From: Squalus acanthias
Lineage: Eukaryota
Assembly: GCA_030390025.1 (NCBI GenBank)
Contig: CM059433.1
Span: 6,014,001-6,078,000 of the forward strand
Length of the DNA: 64,000 bases
Reading direction: 5' to 3'
In this document: piece after piece, positions 1 to 13,244 of the stretch
Layout of the letters: each line of letters begins with the position of its first letter
Numbering within the stretch: the stretch's first letter is position 1
Notes under the pieces: model-generated
What the model saw: only the letters and a program-made list of their open reading frames with translations
Told to the model about the DNA's origin: nothing
Database searches by the model: none
Translations under genes and position numbers: made by a program

Positions 1-1377
1 ATTAAGCCATGAAGCCTTGCAAACAAAGGGACATTATTTCGGAGGCAATAAAACTTCCATTTCCTGATACACATCACTAATTATGGGAATATTGCTGAGA
101 TAATTTGATGATGGGACTGTATCAAGCCTCTCATTTAATGGACAAGCAGGAATGTATTTATCAATTCGATGAAAGATATTTTTTGGAACAGAAGGTAGAT
201 TTTAACATAATTTCTTAAAGCAGGTTTTTCACTCTCTGTAAAACACGATTCAAATGTTTCCACAAGACACAAAATCTAACGTGATCATCAAACTAGCATT
301 GACAAAATGTCTTTCCATCTCTTAGTGACAAAAGTAAAATGAGCTGGCACAAAAATGGCAGCAAACAGTGGGCTCCTGACCAATGCTCCCTCTAACGGCC
401 GCGCAGCTCTCTGCCGGTCCAGCCCAGCCCGGGACCCGCTTTTCCAATGTTAAGTTTTGCACATGCGCAAAGTCGTATTTATTGCCCATCCCCAATAGCC
501 CTCAGAAGGTGGTGGTGGGCCCTCTTCTTGAATTGCTGCAGTCCTTGTGTTGTTGGTGCTCCCACAATGGTGTTGGGTCGCGAAAAGCAGCTGAATATAA
601 ATACAGCGAGGCACATGCCTCAATCAGAATGCCAGTCCAGCCTTCACTACAGAACTCATGTCTTCTTCTCTTCTCTCTCACAGGAGGAAGTGAGCCAGAA
701 CCACCCAGAATCTCAGGTCATGAGTTGTGGTCCCTCTGGTAACAGACAGCTGACCCCTCATGAGGAAGAAGACTTGGTGATCCTGAGCAGCCGTGCAGCC
801 GAGCCTGTTGGGCACACAGGCATTCCAGGGCCAGTGGTTGCTGCAGGTTTTTCTGGATCATCTGCAGCTTGCCTGTGTAAAGGTTTGGGAGCGCAAACAA
901 AGGTACAACACGATCAGGCACCTACAAAAACTACAGAGGACCGTCATGGTAACCGCCTAATTTCTTCCATCTCTCAAGTAAGTTTTTTGTTTTCCATGGG
1001 CAATTCTGTTCTGTTGCTGGTGGGACTCCCAATCTTTCTATGATTCTATGATTAAATCATATCTCGCCCAGTGCTGACACAGACACAAGGTCCAAATGGC
1101 TTCCTTCTGTGCTGTAAACCTGAATGGTTCTCTGGAGTTCCATGGTGATTCCAATGCTCTGACATTTGAGTTCTGAACATTTTAATAGCATTTTAAAATC
1201 ACCCTTACTCTATCAACCACCAGGCCATGGGAATAATCCTGGAGGACACAGATAGTTACATTGAGGGATTAACATTGGGTGCGATACAGCGCTCATCAAA
1301 AGACAACTTTGGTAAGGTACCAGCTGTGTAAATGCCAAATACTGAAGAAGGATTACTTATTCTAGGAATTCCCTGAT

Positions 1378-2190
1378 AGAATCATAGAATCGTACAGCAC
1401 AGAAGGAGGCCATTCAGCCCATCGTGCCTGTGCCGGCTCTTTGAAAGAACTATCCAATTAGTCCCACTGCCCTGCTCTTTCCACATAGCCTTGCAATTTT
1501 CTCCCCTTCAAGTATTTAACCAATTCTTTTTGAAAGTTACAATTGAATCTGCTTCCACCATCCTTGCAGGCTGTGCATTCCAGGTCATAATAACTCGCTG
1601 CATAAAAAAAATTCTGCAAATCTAACCTCTGACTCTTTTGCCAATTTCCTTAAGTTTGTGTCCTCTGATTATCGACCCTTCTGCCAGTGGAAACAGTTGC
1701 TCCTTATTTACTCTATCAAAACCCTTCATGATTTTGAACGCCTCCATTAAATCTCCCCTTAGCTTTCTCTGCTCTAAACTGAACAATTCCAGCTTCTCTA
1801 ATCTCGCCACCTAACTGAAGTCCCTCATTCCTGGTACCATTCTAGTAAATCTCCTCTGCACCCTTTCCAAGGCTGTGACATCCTTCCTAAAGTGTGGGGC
1901 CCAGAATTTGAGACAATACTGCAGCTGAGGCTGAATCTGGTGATTTATAAAGGTTTCTATTACATTACATAGAATTACACGACATGTACAGCACAGAAAC
2001 AGGCCATTTGGCCCAACAGGTCTATGTCAGTGTTTATCCTCCACACGAGCCTCCTCCCACCCCTCTTCATCTAAGCCTATCAGCATAACCTTCTACTCCT
2101 TTCTCCCTCATGTGTTTATGTCACATCCCCTGAAATTCATCTATGTTATTCTCCACAACTGCTCCTTGTGTTAGCGAGTTCCACATTCTA
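1378..2190 (-). mobile_element. Two adjacent CR1 LINE 3' fragments
   Basis: RLEKLELFSLEQRKLRGDL...RGH peptide and catagaat-type tails. Confidence 0.85.
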
Positions 2191-3035
2191 AGTATGATGA
2201 ATGGGTTCTGGGTACATGAAAGTGCTCTGGGAAATACATTAATCTGTTCAGGGAAGTATATGAATCTGTTCTCGGAATGTATACTGGGAAGTATATAAAT
2301 GGGAAGTATAGGAATGTGGTCTGTGAAGTACATGAACGTGATCTGGGAAGTATATGATTTTTTTCTGGGATGTTCTATATGAATGTGTTTTGGGAAACAC
2401 ATGAATGTGTTATGGGAACGCAAATGTGTTCTGGGAAGTATCTGACTGCAATCTGGGAAGTATATGCATGTGTTTGACAGAAAGAAAGTAAGACATTTAT
2501 ATAGCGCCTTAAATTACCTCGGGACGTCCCAAAGTGCTTTACAACCAATGAAGTTCTTTTGAAGATTAATCACTATTGTAATGTAGGAAACGCGGCAGCC
2601 AATTTGCACACAGCAAGCTCCCACAAACAGCAATGTGATAATGACCATAATTCTGTTTTTAGCGATGTTGATTGAGGGATAAATATTGGCCAGGACACCG
2701 GAGAGAACTCCCCTGTTCTTCTTCAAATTAGTGCCATGTGATCTTTCACATCCACTGTGCGGGTAGATGGGGCCTCGGTTTAATGCCTCACCCGAAAGAC
2801 AGCACCTCCAACAGTGCAGCACTCCCTCAGTACTACACTAGAGTGTCAGCCTAGTAGTTTCTTGTGCGCAAGTCTCTGGTTAGTATAGGAATGCACTCTG
2901 CGAAGTATATGAATCCATTCTAGGAAGAACATGGAAGTGTTCTGGGAACTATAAGAATGCATTCTGCAAAGTATATGAATCTATTCTAGGATTATGTACT
3001 GGGAAGCATATCAATGTGTTATAAAATATGAATGT
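2190..3035 (+). repeat. Old degenerate ~22-bp tandem repeat, split by the SINE
   Basis: Consensus close to TTCTGGGAAGTATATGAATGTG. Inverted traces at about 4660-4730 and 8681-8700. Confidence 0.75.
2478..2880 (-). mobile_element. Shark DeuSINE (SacSINE1-like), 5'-truncated
   Basis: Minus strand contains the Deu-domain-like GGTGTCCTGGCCAATATTTATCCCTCAA and an L2-like tail GGCGCTATATAAAT. A 3' fragment of the same SINE lies at about 53950-54072(+). Confidence 0.75.
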
Positions 3036-3046
3036 GATCAGGCAAG

Positions 3047-3780
3047 TCAAAGTTTCGACAATGTTCCCAAGTGGTTGATGCTCAGAAATATTGGGGTGGA
3101 AATCGATTTTTGCAATTCCATGAAATCTTGTCCCGTGAAGTGTGTGCCTTGGTCACTATCTACCTGTATGGGCAATCCCCACCTGCTGATCACCTCACTC
3201 AGCAGCGAGCGTGCTGCAGTAATTGCTGTGTTAGTTTTACATGGGAAGGTCTCAATCCACTTGGTGAATTTATTGATAATCACCAGGCAGTATTGATGCC
3301 CTCTGCTGGACCTTTGCAGTGGTCCAACCAAATCAATTTGAAGGTGTGTCCACGGCCCCTCTGGGGGTGGAACAGACCGGAGAAAAGCACGATTGGTGAG
3401 CAGTGAAAGGTTTTGTGACGTAACCTCAGCTGAATAGTGTCCCCCTGTCGGATGGGAATTTAACATGTGAAAGAAATCCTCCGCCAGCTGTGGTGGGACA
3501 CACACTATTGGTACAGACTCCCCCAGTACTCGGTGGGACAGCAGAGGCTGCTCTGTCCCCATCACCTCTGTTTGCTTCGCCCAGTCGGTGGGTGGAGGTG
3601 ACGGTGTCCCGTTAGAGGACCATTCCTTGACCCCTCGGTGAGGGCCAAATGTATCCTGCAGGGTGACCAAATCTAATTCATGTGGGGCCCCTGTTGTTAT
3701 CTACCGGACGGTTATTACCATCAGGCCGGAACCCCATTAACCACCTCGGGGAGACCCCCACCCCATCAGTAAAGATTCCA
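3047..3780 (-). mobile_element. LTR-retroelement (ERV/Gypsy-like) fragment with integrase core
   Basis: PEGPWTHLQIDLVGPL...YCLVIINKFTKWIETFP...RWGLPIQVDSDQGTHFTG is an rve integrase core with a degenerate DDE. Confidence 0.85.
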
Positions 3781-4650
3781 TTAACTTTCCTACCACGGAC
3801 ATTAAGCTAACTGGTCTTTAGTTCCCTGGACTTGTTCTATCTCCCTGTTTAAATATAGGAATCACATGAGCTGTCTGCCAGTCCTCTGGCACTATTCCCT
3901 GTTCGAATTAATATTTATCAATATATAATGGTGCCTCTGCTATCTCTCCCTTTGATTGTTTTTATTCACAAAGACAATCCATCCAGACCAGGGGTTTTAT
4001 ACTCCCAAAGTTTGATTAGTTTTTCAATTATTTCCCCTCTTTCTATCATAATTGTCTTTATATCTTTTTTGATCTCTTCATCTAATTTCATGCCCACCTT
4101 GTTAGTCTCCCTGATAAATACTTTAGTATAACTTCCTTGCTTTTTTAATCTATTCCTCTATTTATAAAGCCAAGGATCCCGTTTGGTTTATTTAACAGTC
4201 TCAGAAACTTGTCTTGCCACCTTCGAAGATTTTTGTTCATAAACCCTCAGGTCTCTCTGTACCTGCACCACCTTTAAGATTGTTCCATTTAGTTTATGTT
4301 GCCTCTCCTCATTCTTCCTTCCGAAATGCATCACTTCACACTTCTCTGCGTTAAATTTCATCTTCCGTGTGTCGGCCCATTTCACCAGTCTGTCTCAATC
4401 CTCCTGAAGTCAGCTACTATCCTCCTCTCTCTTTACTACTTTTCTGAGTTTCATGACAAATGCAAAATATGAAATCATGCCGTGTATATCCAATTCCAGG
4501 TGAAAAAATAGATCAAAAAGAGCAGTGGTCCGAATCCCCACCCCAGGGGGCATCACTGGAAAACAACCCTTCACCACTGCTCTCTGCTTTCTGTCCCTTA
4601 GACAATTTCAGTTTCCATGCTGCCACTGTCCCTTTAATCCCATGGCCTTC
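3775..4650 (-). mobile_element. CR1 LINE fragments
   Basis: W..KFNAEKCEVMHFG and RT-region peptides. Confidence 0.75.
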
Positions 4651-5409
4651 AATTATGTTATGTCCACAGAACACGTTCCTGTATTTCACAGGACACATTC
4701 ACGTATTTCCCAGAACACATTAATTTACCCATAACAGGCCAAAAAGAAAAATCAACTTAACATAAATTCCTGAGAAGTCAACGTATGAAGCAAAAGGACT
4801 TCAATTTCCTGACACACATCACTAATTCTGAGTATTATTGCTGAGGTAATTTAATGATGGGACAAACAGGAAAGTATTTATCAAGAAGTTTAAAGATCTT
4901 TTTGGAACAGGAGGTAGATTTTAATATAATTTCTGAAAGCTGTTTTTTCCCCCTTCAGTAAAACACGTCTCAAATGTTTCCACAAGACACAAAATCAAAC
5001 GTGTTCATCAAACAAGCACTGACAAAATGTCTTTCTGTCTCTTAGTGACAAAATGAAATGAGCTGACTATATGTGACTCCAGACCCACAGCAATGTGGTT
5101 GACTCTTAACTGCCCTCTGAAATGGTCCAGCAAGTTACTCAGTTGTAACAAACCGCTACAAAACAAAATAATAAGAAAGAAGGAGTAGCCCTGGGAGTCC
5201 TCAACATTGACTCCGGACCCCATGAAGTCTCATGGCTTCAGGTCAAGCATGGGCAAGGAAACCTCCTGCTGATTACCACCTACCGCCCTCCCTCAGCTGA
5301 TGAATCAGTACTCCGCCATGTTGAACCGCACTTGGAAGAAGCACTGAGAGGAGCAAGGGCACAGAATGTACTGTGGGTGGGGGACTTCAATGTCCATCAC
5401 CAAGAGTGG

Positions 5410-8116
5410 AATAAAAACAGAAAATGCTGGAGACACTCAGCAGGTCAGGCAGCATCTGTGAAGAGAGAAACAGAGTTAACGTTTCAGGTCGATGACCTTT
5501 TGTCAGAACTGGAAAAAAGCAGGAAATGGAACAGATTTTAAAGCAAGTTTAGGGGCTGGGAAATGGGGAAGGGGATGAAAGAACAAAAGGGAAGGTCTGT
5601 GATAGGATAGAAGGCAGGAGAAGTAAAGAGACATTAAGAGATATTCAAGGCAAGAGGAGATGGTAATGGGACAGGTTACGATACAAAGGATGGCTCTAGA
5701 TGAAGTGTGAATTGCGCTGGCAGAATGAAAGACAGCTGCCATGTGGGAGAGAAGAACAAAAGGCACAAACAAAAAGTGTGGATAAAAAATATATATATGA
5801 TAGGGGCCGAGGTTATGATCTGAAATTGTTGAACTCTATGTTGAGTCCAGAAGGCTGTAGGGTGCTTAATTGAAAGATGAGGTGCTGTTCCTCGAGCTTA
5901 CGCTGAGCTTCCGTGGAACAATGCAAGAGGCCGAGGACGGTGAGGTCTGAGTGGGAGTGGAGCGGAGAATTAAAGTGACAGGCCACCGGGAGCTTGGGGT
6001 CCCCCTTACAGACTGAACGGAGGTGTTCCGCAAAACGGTCACCCAATCTGCGTTTGGTCTCCCCAATGTAGAGGAGACCACATCGTGAGCAGCGAATACA
6101 GTATACTAAATTGCAAGAAGTACAAGTAAATCGCTGTTTCACCTGGAAGGGGTGTTTGGGGCCCTGGACAGTGGGAAAGGGGGAGGTATAAGGGCATGTG
6201 TTGCATCTCCTGCGCTTGCACGGGAAGGTGCCGGGCGAAGGGGAAGGGGTGCTGGGGGTGATAGAGGAGTGGACTAGGGTGTCGCGGAGGGAGTGGTCCC
6301 TGCGGAATGCTGAAAGGGGAAGTGAGGGGAAGACGCGTTTGGTGGTGGGATCACGCTGGAGGTGGCGGAAGTGGCGGAGGATGATCCGTTGAATGTGGAG
6401 GCTGGTGGGGTGAAAGGTGAGGACAAGGGGAACTCTATTGTGGTTCCGGGAGGGAGGGGCAGGGGTGAGGGCAGAAGTGCGGGAGATAGAACGGACATGG
6501 TCGAGGGCCGTGTCAACCACTGTTGAGGGGAATCCTTGGTTGAGGAAGAAAGAAGACATTTCGGAAGCACTGGTATGGAAGGTGGCATCATCAGAGCAGA
6601 TGCAGCGGAGACGGAGAAACTGGGAGAATGGAATAGAGTCCTTACAGGAGGCGGTTGGGAGGAAGTGTAGTCCAGGTAGCTGTGGGAGTCAGTGGGCTTG
6701 TAGTGAATGTTTGTCAATAACCTATCCCCAGAGATGGAGACGGAGAAGTCGAGGAAGGGAAGGGAAGAGTCGGAGATGGACCATGTGAAGGTGAGGGAAG
6801 GGTGGAAATTGGAAGTAAGGTGAATGAAATTATGTAGTTCAGGGCGAGAGCAGGAAACAGCACCGATACAGTCATCAATGTACCGGAAAAAGAGGTGAGG
6901 GAGGGGACCCGAGTAGGACTGGAACAAAGAGTGTTCCACATATCCCACGAAAAGGCAGGCATAGCTAGGACCCATGCGGGTTCCCATAGCAACACCTTTG
7001 ATTTGGTGGAAATGAGTGGAGTCAAAAGAGAAGTTGTTCAGGACTCGGCCAGCTCGGTCAGTAGTGGTGCTACCGAGCCACTCTTGGTCTTGGACACCAA
7101 CGCCCCTCCGGAACCTCCTTCCCTTTCACTTTCCTCTGACCCCATCCCTTCTCCCAATCTCACCCCCTGCCGCGTTTTCACTATCCCCTCTGACCTTCCC
7201 CTCTCTGACCCCGAACGATCAGTCCTTAGCAAAGGCCTGAGCTTCATCCCCTTACGCCCCCACCTCAATGAATTTCGAGCTCGGCACGATGCTGAGCTCT
7301 TTTTCCATCGCCTTCGTCACTGTGCCCACTACTTTGGCCAGGAGTCTTCCCCCCACACAGCTGACCCTTTCCCCCGCTTTCAGTATTCTCGTTCTACCTG
7401 GACCCCTTCCTCTGGCCTCTTACCCTCTCTAGATCTTTTCATTGCAAACTGCTGTCGTGTCATCGGCCGTCTCCATTTCTCTGCTCCCCTCACTCACTCC
7501 AACCTAGCTCCCTCTGAACTTGCAGCACTCCATTCTCTCAGATCCAACCCCGACATTGTCATTAAACCTGCTGACAAGGGTGGTGCTGTTGTTGTTTGGT
7601 GAACCGACCTCTACCTAGCGGAAGCTGAACGCCAACTCTCCGACACCTCCTCCTACCTCCACCTGGACCATAACCCCACTACCGAACATCAAGCCACCGT
7701 TTCCAAGACTGTCACTGACCTCATCTCCTCTGGAGATCTTCCCCCCATGGCCGCCAACCTCATAGTTCCCCAACCCCGCACAGCCCGCTTCTACCTCCTT
7801 CCCAAGATCCACAAACAGGACGGCCCTGGTAGACCCATCGTTTCAGCCTGTTCTTGCCCCACGGAACTTATATCTTCCTATCTCGACTCTATTTTTTCTC
7901 CCCTTGTCCAGTCTCTTCCCACCTACATCTGCGACTCTTCCGACGCCCTCCACCACTTCAACAGTTTCCTGGCCCCGACCGCCTCCTTTTTACTATGGAC
8001 GTACAATCCCTCTACACCTCCATCCCCCACCAGGATGGCCTGAGGGCGCTCCGCTTCTTCCTTGAACAGAGGCCCAACCAGTCCCCATCCACCGCCACCC
8101 TCCTCCGCCTGGCTGA
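5410..8116. mobile_element. 5'-truncated, rearranged PLE (same family as 32415-36170): 5410-7040 on minus, 7088-8116 inverted to plus
   Basis: ORFs 5813-6559(-), 6274-6987(-), 6895-7602(+) and 7747-8043(+) match the 916-aa protein with frameshifts. pLTR and hammerhead lie at the left end. Confidence 0.92.
5474..5510 (-). ncRNA. Degenerate hammerhead ribozyme (core CTGACAA, G8 lost)
   Basis: Minus strand reads agtt-CTGACAA-aaggtcatcgacct-GAAAcgTT-aact. Confidence 0.65.
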
Positions 8117-8699
8117 CCACCGCACAGTCATTGTGGAGACGAAGTCCCATCTTCACACTGAGGACACCCTCTATCGTGTTGTGTGGCACTACCACCGTGC
8201 TAAATGGGATAGATTCAGAACAGATCTAGCAGCTCAAAACTGGGCATCCATGAGGTGCTCTGGGCCATCAGCAGCAGCAGAATTGTATTCCACCACAATC
8301 TGTAACCTCATGGCCCAGCATATCCCTCACTCTACCATTACCATCAAGCTAGGGGACCAACCCTGGTTCAATAAGGAGTGTAGAAGAGTATGCCAGGAGC
8401 AGTACCAGGCGTACCTAAAAATGAGGTGCCAACCTGGGGAAGCTGCAACACAGGACTACATGCACACTAAACAGCGGAAGCAGCATGCTATAATTTCTGA
8501 AAGCTGTTCTTTCCCCCTTCAGTAAAACATGCCTCAAATGTTTCCACAAGACACAAAATCAAAAGTGTTCATCAAACAAGCACTGACAAAATGTCTTTCT
8601 GTCTCTTAGTGACAAAAGAAAAATGAGCTGGCACAAACATGGCAGCAAACAGTGGGCTCCTGACTATACTGACTTTGAATGACACATTCATATACTTCC

Positions 8700-10935
8700 C
8701 AGGTGCTGGCCACAATCTTCCAATCCTCCTTAGATACAGGGGTGGTTCCAAAGGACAGGAGGATTGCAAATTTTACACCCTTGTTCAAAAAAGGGGAGAA
8801 GGATAAATCTGGAAATTACAGGCCAGTCAGTTTAACATCAGTGATGGGGAAGCTTTTAGAAACAATAATCTGGGAGAAAATTAACAGCCACTTGTACAAG
8901 TATGGACTAATAAAGGAGAGCCAGCACGGATTTGTTAAGGGCAAATCGTGTTTGACTAACTTGATTGAGTTTTTGATGAGGTAACAGAGAGGATGGATGA
9001 GGGCAGTGTAGTTGAGGTTGTGTATATGGACTTTCAAAAGGCATTTGATAAAGTATCATATACTAGGCTTGTTAGCAAAATTGAAGCCCATGGGATAAAA
9101 GGGGCAGTAGCAACATGGGTACGAAATTGGCTAAGGGATAGTAAACAGAGAGTTGTGGTGAATGGTTGATTCTGGGACTGGAGGGAGGTTATACCGTGGC
9201 GTTCCCCAAGGTTCAGTACAAGATCCACTGCTATTTTTGATATATATTAATGACTTGGACTTGGGGGTACAGGGCACAATTTTGAAATTTGCAGATGACA
9301 CGAAACTTGGAAGTATAGTAAACAGTGAGGAAGATAGCAATAAACTTCAAGAAGACATAGGGGGCGATTTTGTGAATGGGGGTGCGTTGGAGGCGGGACT
9401 GCTGCTTGTCGGGTTGATGTCCCGCCTCCATCGATTTGTAGCCAACCCACGCTAGGAAAGCCGGTTGCAGAGCACGTCAACGTATGACATTTCATCTGTC
9501 AAACATTTTTGACAGATGAATTGTAATCGGTTGACAGATCTGTGAAGCTGTCAAACAGTGCCATTCTCTGCAGTTTGATGAGGTCTTGCAAAGACCTCAT
9601 TAACCTTCTTTCTTTTACAGAAATGAGATGGTTGTTGCATCTGTGAATGCAACGGCCATCTCTCATCTGCAACACGGAGGTCCGAGACTCTCCGCATACA
9701 AACCAACTGAAGCCTGCAGGAAGAAACAAAGTACACTTTTAAAAACACTTTACAATTACCTCAGATACTCACCTCTACACTCTTGCACCCATCACTTACC
9801 TTCACACCACACTATTGCACCCCCCCGACCCCCACAGACCCAGTACTCGCCTCGCTGAGCTGGCGTGTTTTGGAGCCTTCGGGAAGCCCGCACTTGTGAG
9901 GGCAAAAAGGGGATAATCCTATTTTCTGCCTGTTAACTACCTGTTAACAGGCAGTTAATAGGCTTTAATCCCTTCCCGCCTCCAAGGAGACGGGACCCGG
10001 CGCCGGATGGCTACCCGCCTCCTGGGAAGATGGCATGGAGGCGGGTTGGGCACCCACCCCCAAATTCTGCCATTTTCCCAGCAGTCCCGCCTCCCCAGGG
10101 CTGGCAAAATCGCCCCCATAGACAGGCTGGTGGAATGCGCGGACACATGGCAGATGAAATTCAAGGCAGAGAAGTGTGAGGTGATACATTTTGTTAGGAA
10201 GAATGAGGAGAGACCAGACACACTAAATGGTGCAATTTTAAAGGGGGTGCAAGCAGAGAGACCCGGGGGTGTTTGTGCACAAATCTTTGAAGGTGGCAGG
10301 ACAGGTTAACAAAGCAGTTAATAAAGCAAATGGGAACCTGGTCTTTATAAATAGAGGCAGAGCGTACAAAAGCCAGGAAGTTATGCTAACCCGATATAAC
10401 TCACTAGTTCGGCCCCAGCTGGAGTATTGTGTCCAATTCTGGGCACCACACTTTAGGAAGGACGTGAAGACTTTGGAGAGGGTACAGAAGAGATTTACTA
10501 GAATGGTTCCAGAGATGAGGGAATTCAGTTACGTGGATAGACTGGAGAAGCTGGGGTTGTTCTCCTTGGAGCAGAGAAGGCTAAGAGGAAATTTGATACA
10601 GGTATTTAAAATTATGAAGGATTTTGATAGAGTAAATAAGGAGAAACTGTTTCCAATGGCTGAAGGGTCGATAACCAGAGGGCACAGATTTAAGATGATT
10701 GGCAAAAAGAACCAGAGGCGACGTGAGGAAAAACTTTTTGAAGTAACGAGTGGTTATGATTTGAAATGCACTGCCTGATAGGGTGGAGAATACAGATCCA
10801 ATAGTGGCCCTCAAAAGGGAATTGGATAAACAAGGAGTGAAAATTGGAGGAATATGGGGAAAGAGCGGAGCAGTGGGACTAACTTGATTGCTCTTCGAGA
10901 TAGTCTGTGGAAACTCGATGGGCTGAATGGCCTAC
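8700..10935 (+). mobile_element. CR1 LINE ORF2 (RT) to 3' end, degenerate, interrupted by a MITE
   Basis: NYRPVSLTS, QHGF, GVPQGSV, KFADDTKL and RPQLEYCVQFW peptides. Confidence 0.9.
9360..10117. mobile_element. PIF/Harbinger-type MITE (758 bp)
   Basis: Perfect 13-bp TIR GGGGGCGATTTTG/CAAAATCGCCCCC and a 3-bp TSD ATA. Removing it restores the CR1 frame QEDIDRLV. Confidence 0.9.
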
Positions 10936-11266
10936 TGAGTTATCGGATGTCAGACAGGTGTAACGGGCGGCCGATGCACTATCGCACGTTTTGTGCGACC
11001 GTCCAAGATGGATTTACATCCCCTGGTGTAATCTGCAGTCTGTGCTGAGTTCTCCAATCTCAGCCAGGTGGCAGTAGGGGCACAACAGGTAGTCTAACCT
11101 CCAGTGGTGGTGTTACAGGAGCACCCACCCTGATGACCAGGTGGAATATGGGAACAGCTCCTTGCTGGTCTATGAGGAGTGTAACAGACTGGTGTGGCTG
11201 AAGACCTTGGGACGTCAATGTCTTTCTGAATGCTGGTCCCTCAATGGTGTAGCTGAAGACAGAGGC

Positions 11267-11492
11267 TGGTGAACCTGTGGAATTCTCTACCACAGAAGGC
11301 TGTGGAGGCCAAGTCACTGAATATATTTAAGAAGGAGATAGATAGATTTCTAGACACAAAACGCATCAAGGGGAGAGCACGGGAATATGGTATTGAGATA
11401 GAGGATCAGCCATGATCATGTTGAATGGCGGAGCAGGCTCGAAGGACCGAATGGCCTACTCCTGCTCCTATTTTTCTATGTTCTATGTTTCT
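11267..11492 (+). mobile_element. CR1 3' end
   Basis: LWNSLPQKAVEA coding remnant, the 3' hairpin region and a (tctatgt)n tail. Confidence 0.8.
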
Positions 11493-11917
11493 AAGACCTT
11501 GGTACGTCAATGTCTTTCTGAATGCTGGTCCCTCAATGGTGGGCCCAGAATCAAATGATTTCTTTGGTGGGTCCCACAGGAAGCCCAGAAAGGCACCTCA
11601 CCAGCTTTCTGCAGCGTAAGTGAATACAGCTATCTGGCGGGGTTTTCAGGGCTGCCTGGGAAAACACCCAGATTGACCCCAACTTAATGTCAGGATGGGC
11701 GGAGTGGGGCGGAGGTGGAAGAAGCACCCGAGCCCCCTCCACTGGAACTTCCCATTCCAGCTTCCATGGGGTGGAAACCCAGTGGAAACTGATTCTGCCC
11801 CAACTTCTGGTATCTCCACCTTCTGACTATCATCTCCAGAAGGTGTGGAAGTTCAAGGCTCATGTATCTAAATATATAAAAGTCTCATTTAGCGCAGATC
11901 CAGAACACATCACCGGA

Positions 11918-12395
11918 AACATAAGATCATAGGAATTAGGAGCAGGATTAGGCCATACGGCCCCTTGAGCCTGCTCCGCCATTCAATAAGATCATGGCTG
12001 AACTGCGACCTCAACTCCACTTTCCTGCCTGATCCCCATTTCCCATGATTCACCTAGAGTCCAAAAATCTATCTCTCTCAGCCTTGAATATACTCAACGA
12101 CTGAGCATCCATAGCCCTTTGGGGTAGAGATTTTCAAAGATTCACAACCCTCTAGTGAAGAAATTCCTCCTCATCTCAGTCTTAAATGGCTGACCCCTTA
12201 TCCTGAGACTATGCCCCCTAGTTCTAGACTCTCCAGCCAGGGGAAACAACTTCTCAGCATCTACCCTGTCAATCCCCCTCAGACTCTTATATGTTTCAAT
12301 ATCACCTCCTAAACTCTTCTAAACTCCAGCGAGTCCAGGCCCAATCTATTCAATCTCTCCTCAGAGGACAACCCTCTCATCCCAGGAATCAATCT
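11918..12395 (-). mobile_element. CR1 3' end
   Basis: RLIPGMRGLSSEERLNRLGL peptide and tail. Confidence 0.8.
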
Positions 12396-12667
12396 AGATC
12401 TTTCACTGCTGGCACTGAGACAGTGGGACTGGAGCATTGCAAGATTTTCACTTGTTTCCATTGTAAAGGTCTGATCTTTAGAGTCACCAGACCAGAGAAA
12501 TAACACCGGATGACATAGATAGTTACAGTGAGGGTTTAACACTGGGTGCGATCCAGCACACTTCGAAAGGGAACTGTGGTAATCTACCAGCTGTGTAAAG
12601 GCAGAGAAACCAGACTGAAGAATTAGAACTTATTATAGGAATCCCCTTATAGAAGCATTGAATCGTA

Positions 12668-13110
12668 CAACAACAACTTATCGTTATATAGCACCGTTAA
12701 TGTATTAAAACATCCCAAGGTGCTTCATAGGAGCGTTTTTAAAAAAAAACAAAGTTTCACACCGAGCCATATAAGGAGATGTTAGGGCAGATGACCAAAA
12801 GCTTGGTCGAAGAGGTAGGTTTTAAGGAGCATCTTAAAGGAGGAAAGAGAAGTGGAGAGGCGGAGAGATTTAGGGAGGCAATTCCAGAGCATCGGACTGA
12901 GGCAGCTGATGGCACGACCGCCAATGGTGGAGCGATTAAAATCGGGGATGTTCCAAAGGCCAGAATAGGCAGAGCACAGAGGTCTCGGGGGATTATAGAG
13001 CTGGAGGAGATTACAGAGATAAGGAGTGGCGAAGCCATGGAGGGATTTTGAACAAGGATGGGAATATTACATTTTAATTGTAAAATCGAGGCGTTGCTTA
13101 ACTGGAAGCC
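12668..13110 (-). mobile_element. L2 LINE 3' fragment
   Basis: Reverse complement of the 3' end of the 14531-17290 element, with a (gtt)n tail. Confidence 0.8.
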
Positions 13111-13244
13111 AACTCGTCTCACTCCACTGCACTTTCCCCACAGCACTGCAATTTTCTCTCCAAGTATTTATCCAATTCCCTTCTGAAAGTTGTGACTAAA
13201 TCTGCTTCCACCATCCTGTCAGGCAGTGCATTCCAAAACATAAT

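Larger units (their letters stand above)
5066..8490 (+). mobile_element. CR1/L2-superfamily LINE 5' part (endonuclease), interrupted by the PLE
   Basis: APE motif WVGDFNVHH at 5332-5409. It resumes at about 8116 (DHRTVIV...PWFNKEC). Same family as 50224-53790. Confidence 0.8.

Noticed and set aside
383..1043. 198-aa and 119-aa ORFs as a host gene
   Set aside because: They span a LINE 3' fragment and low-information sequence, with no recognisable domain.
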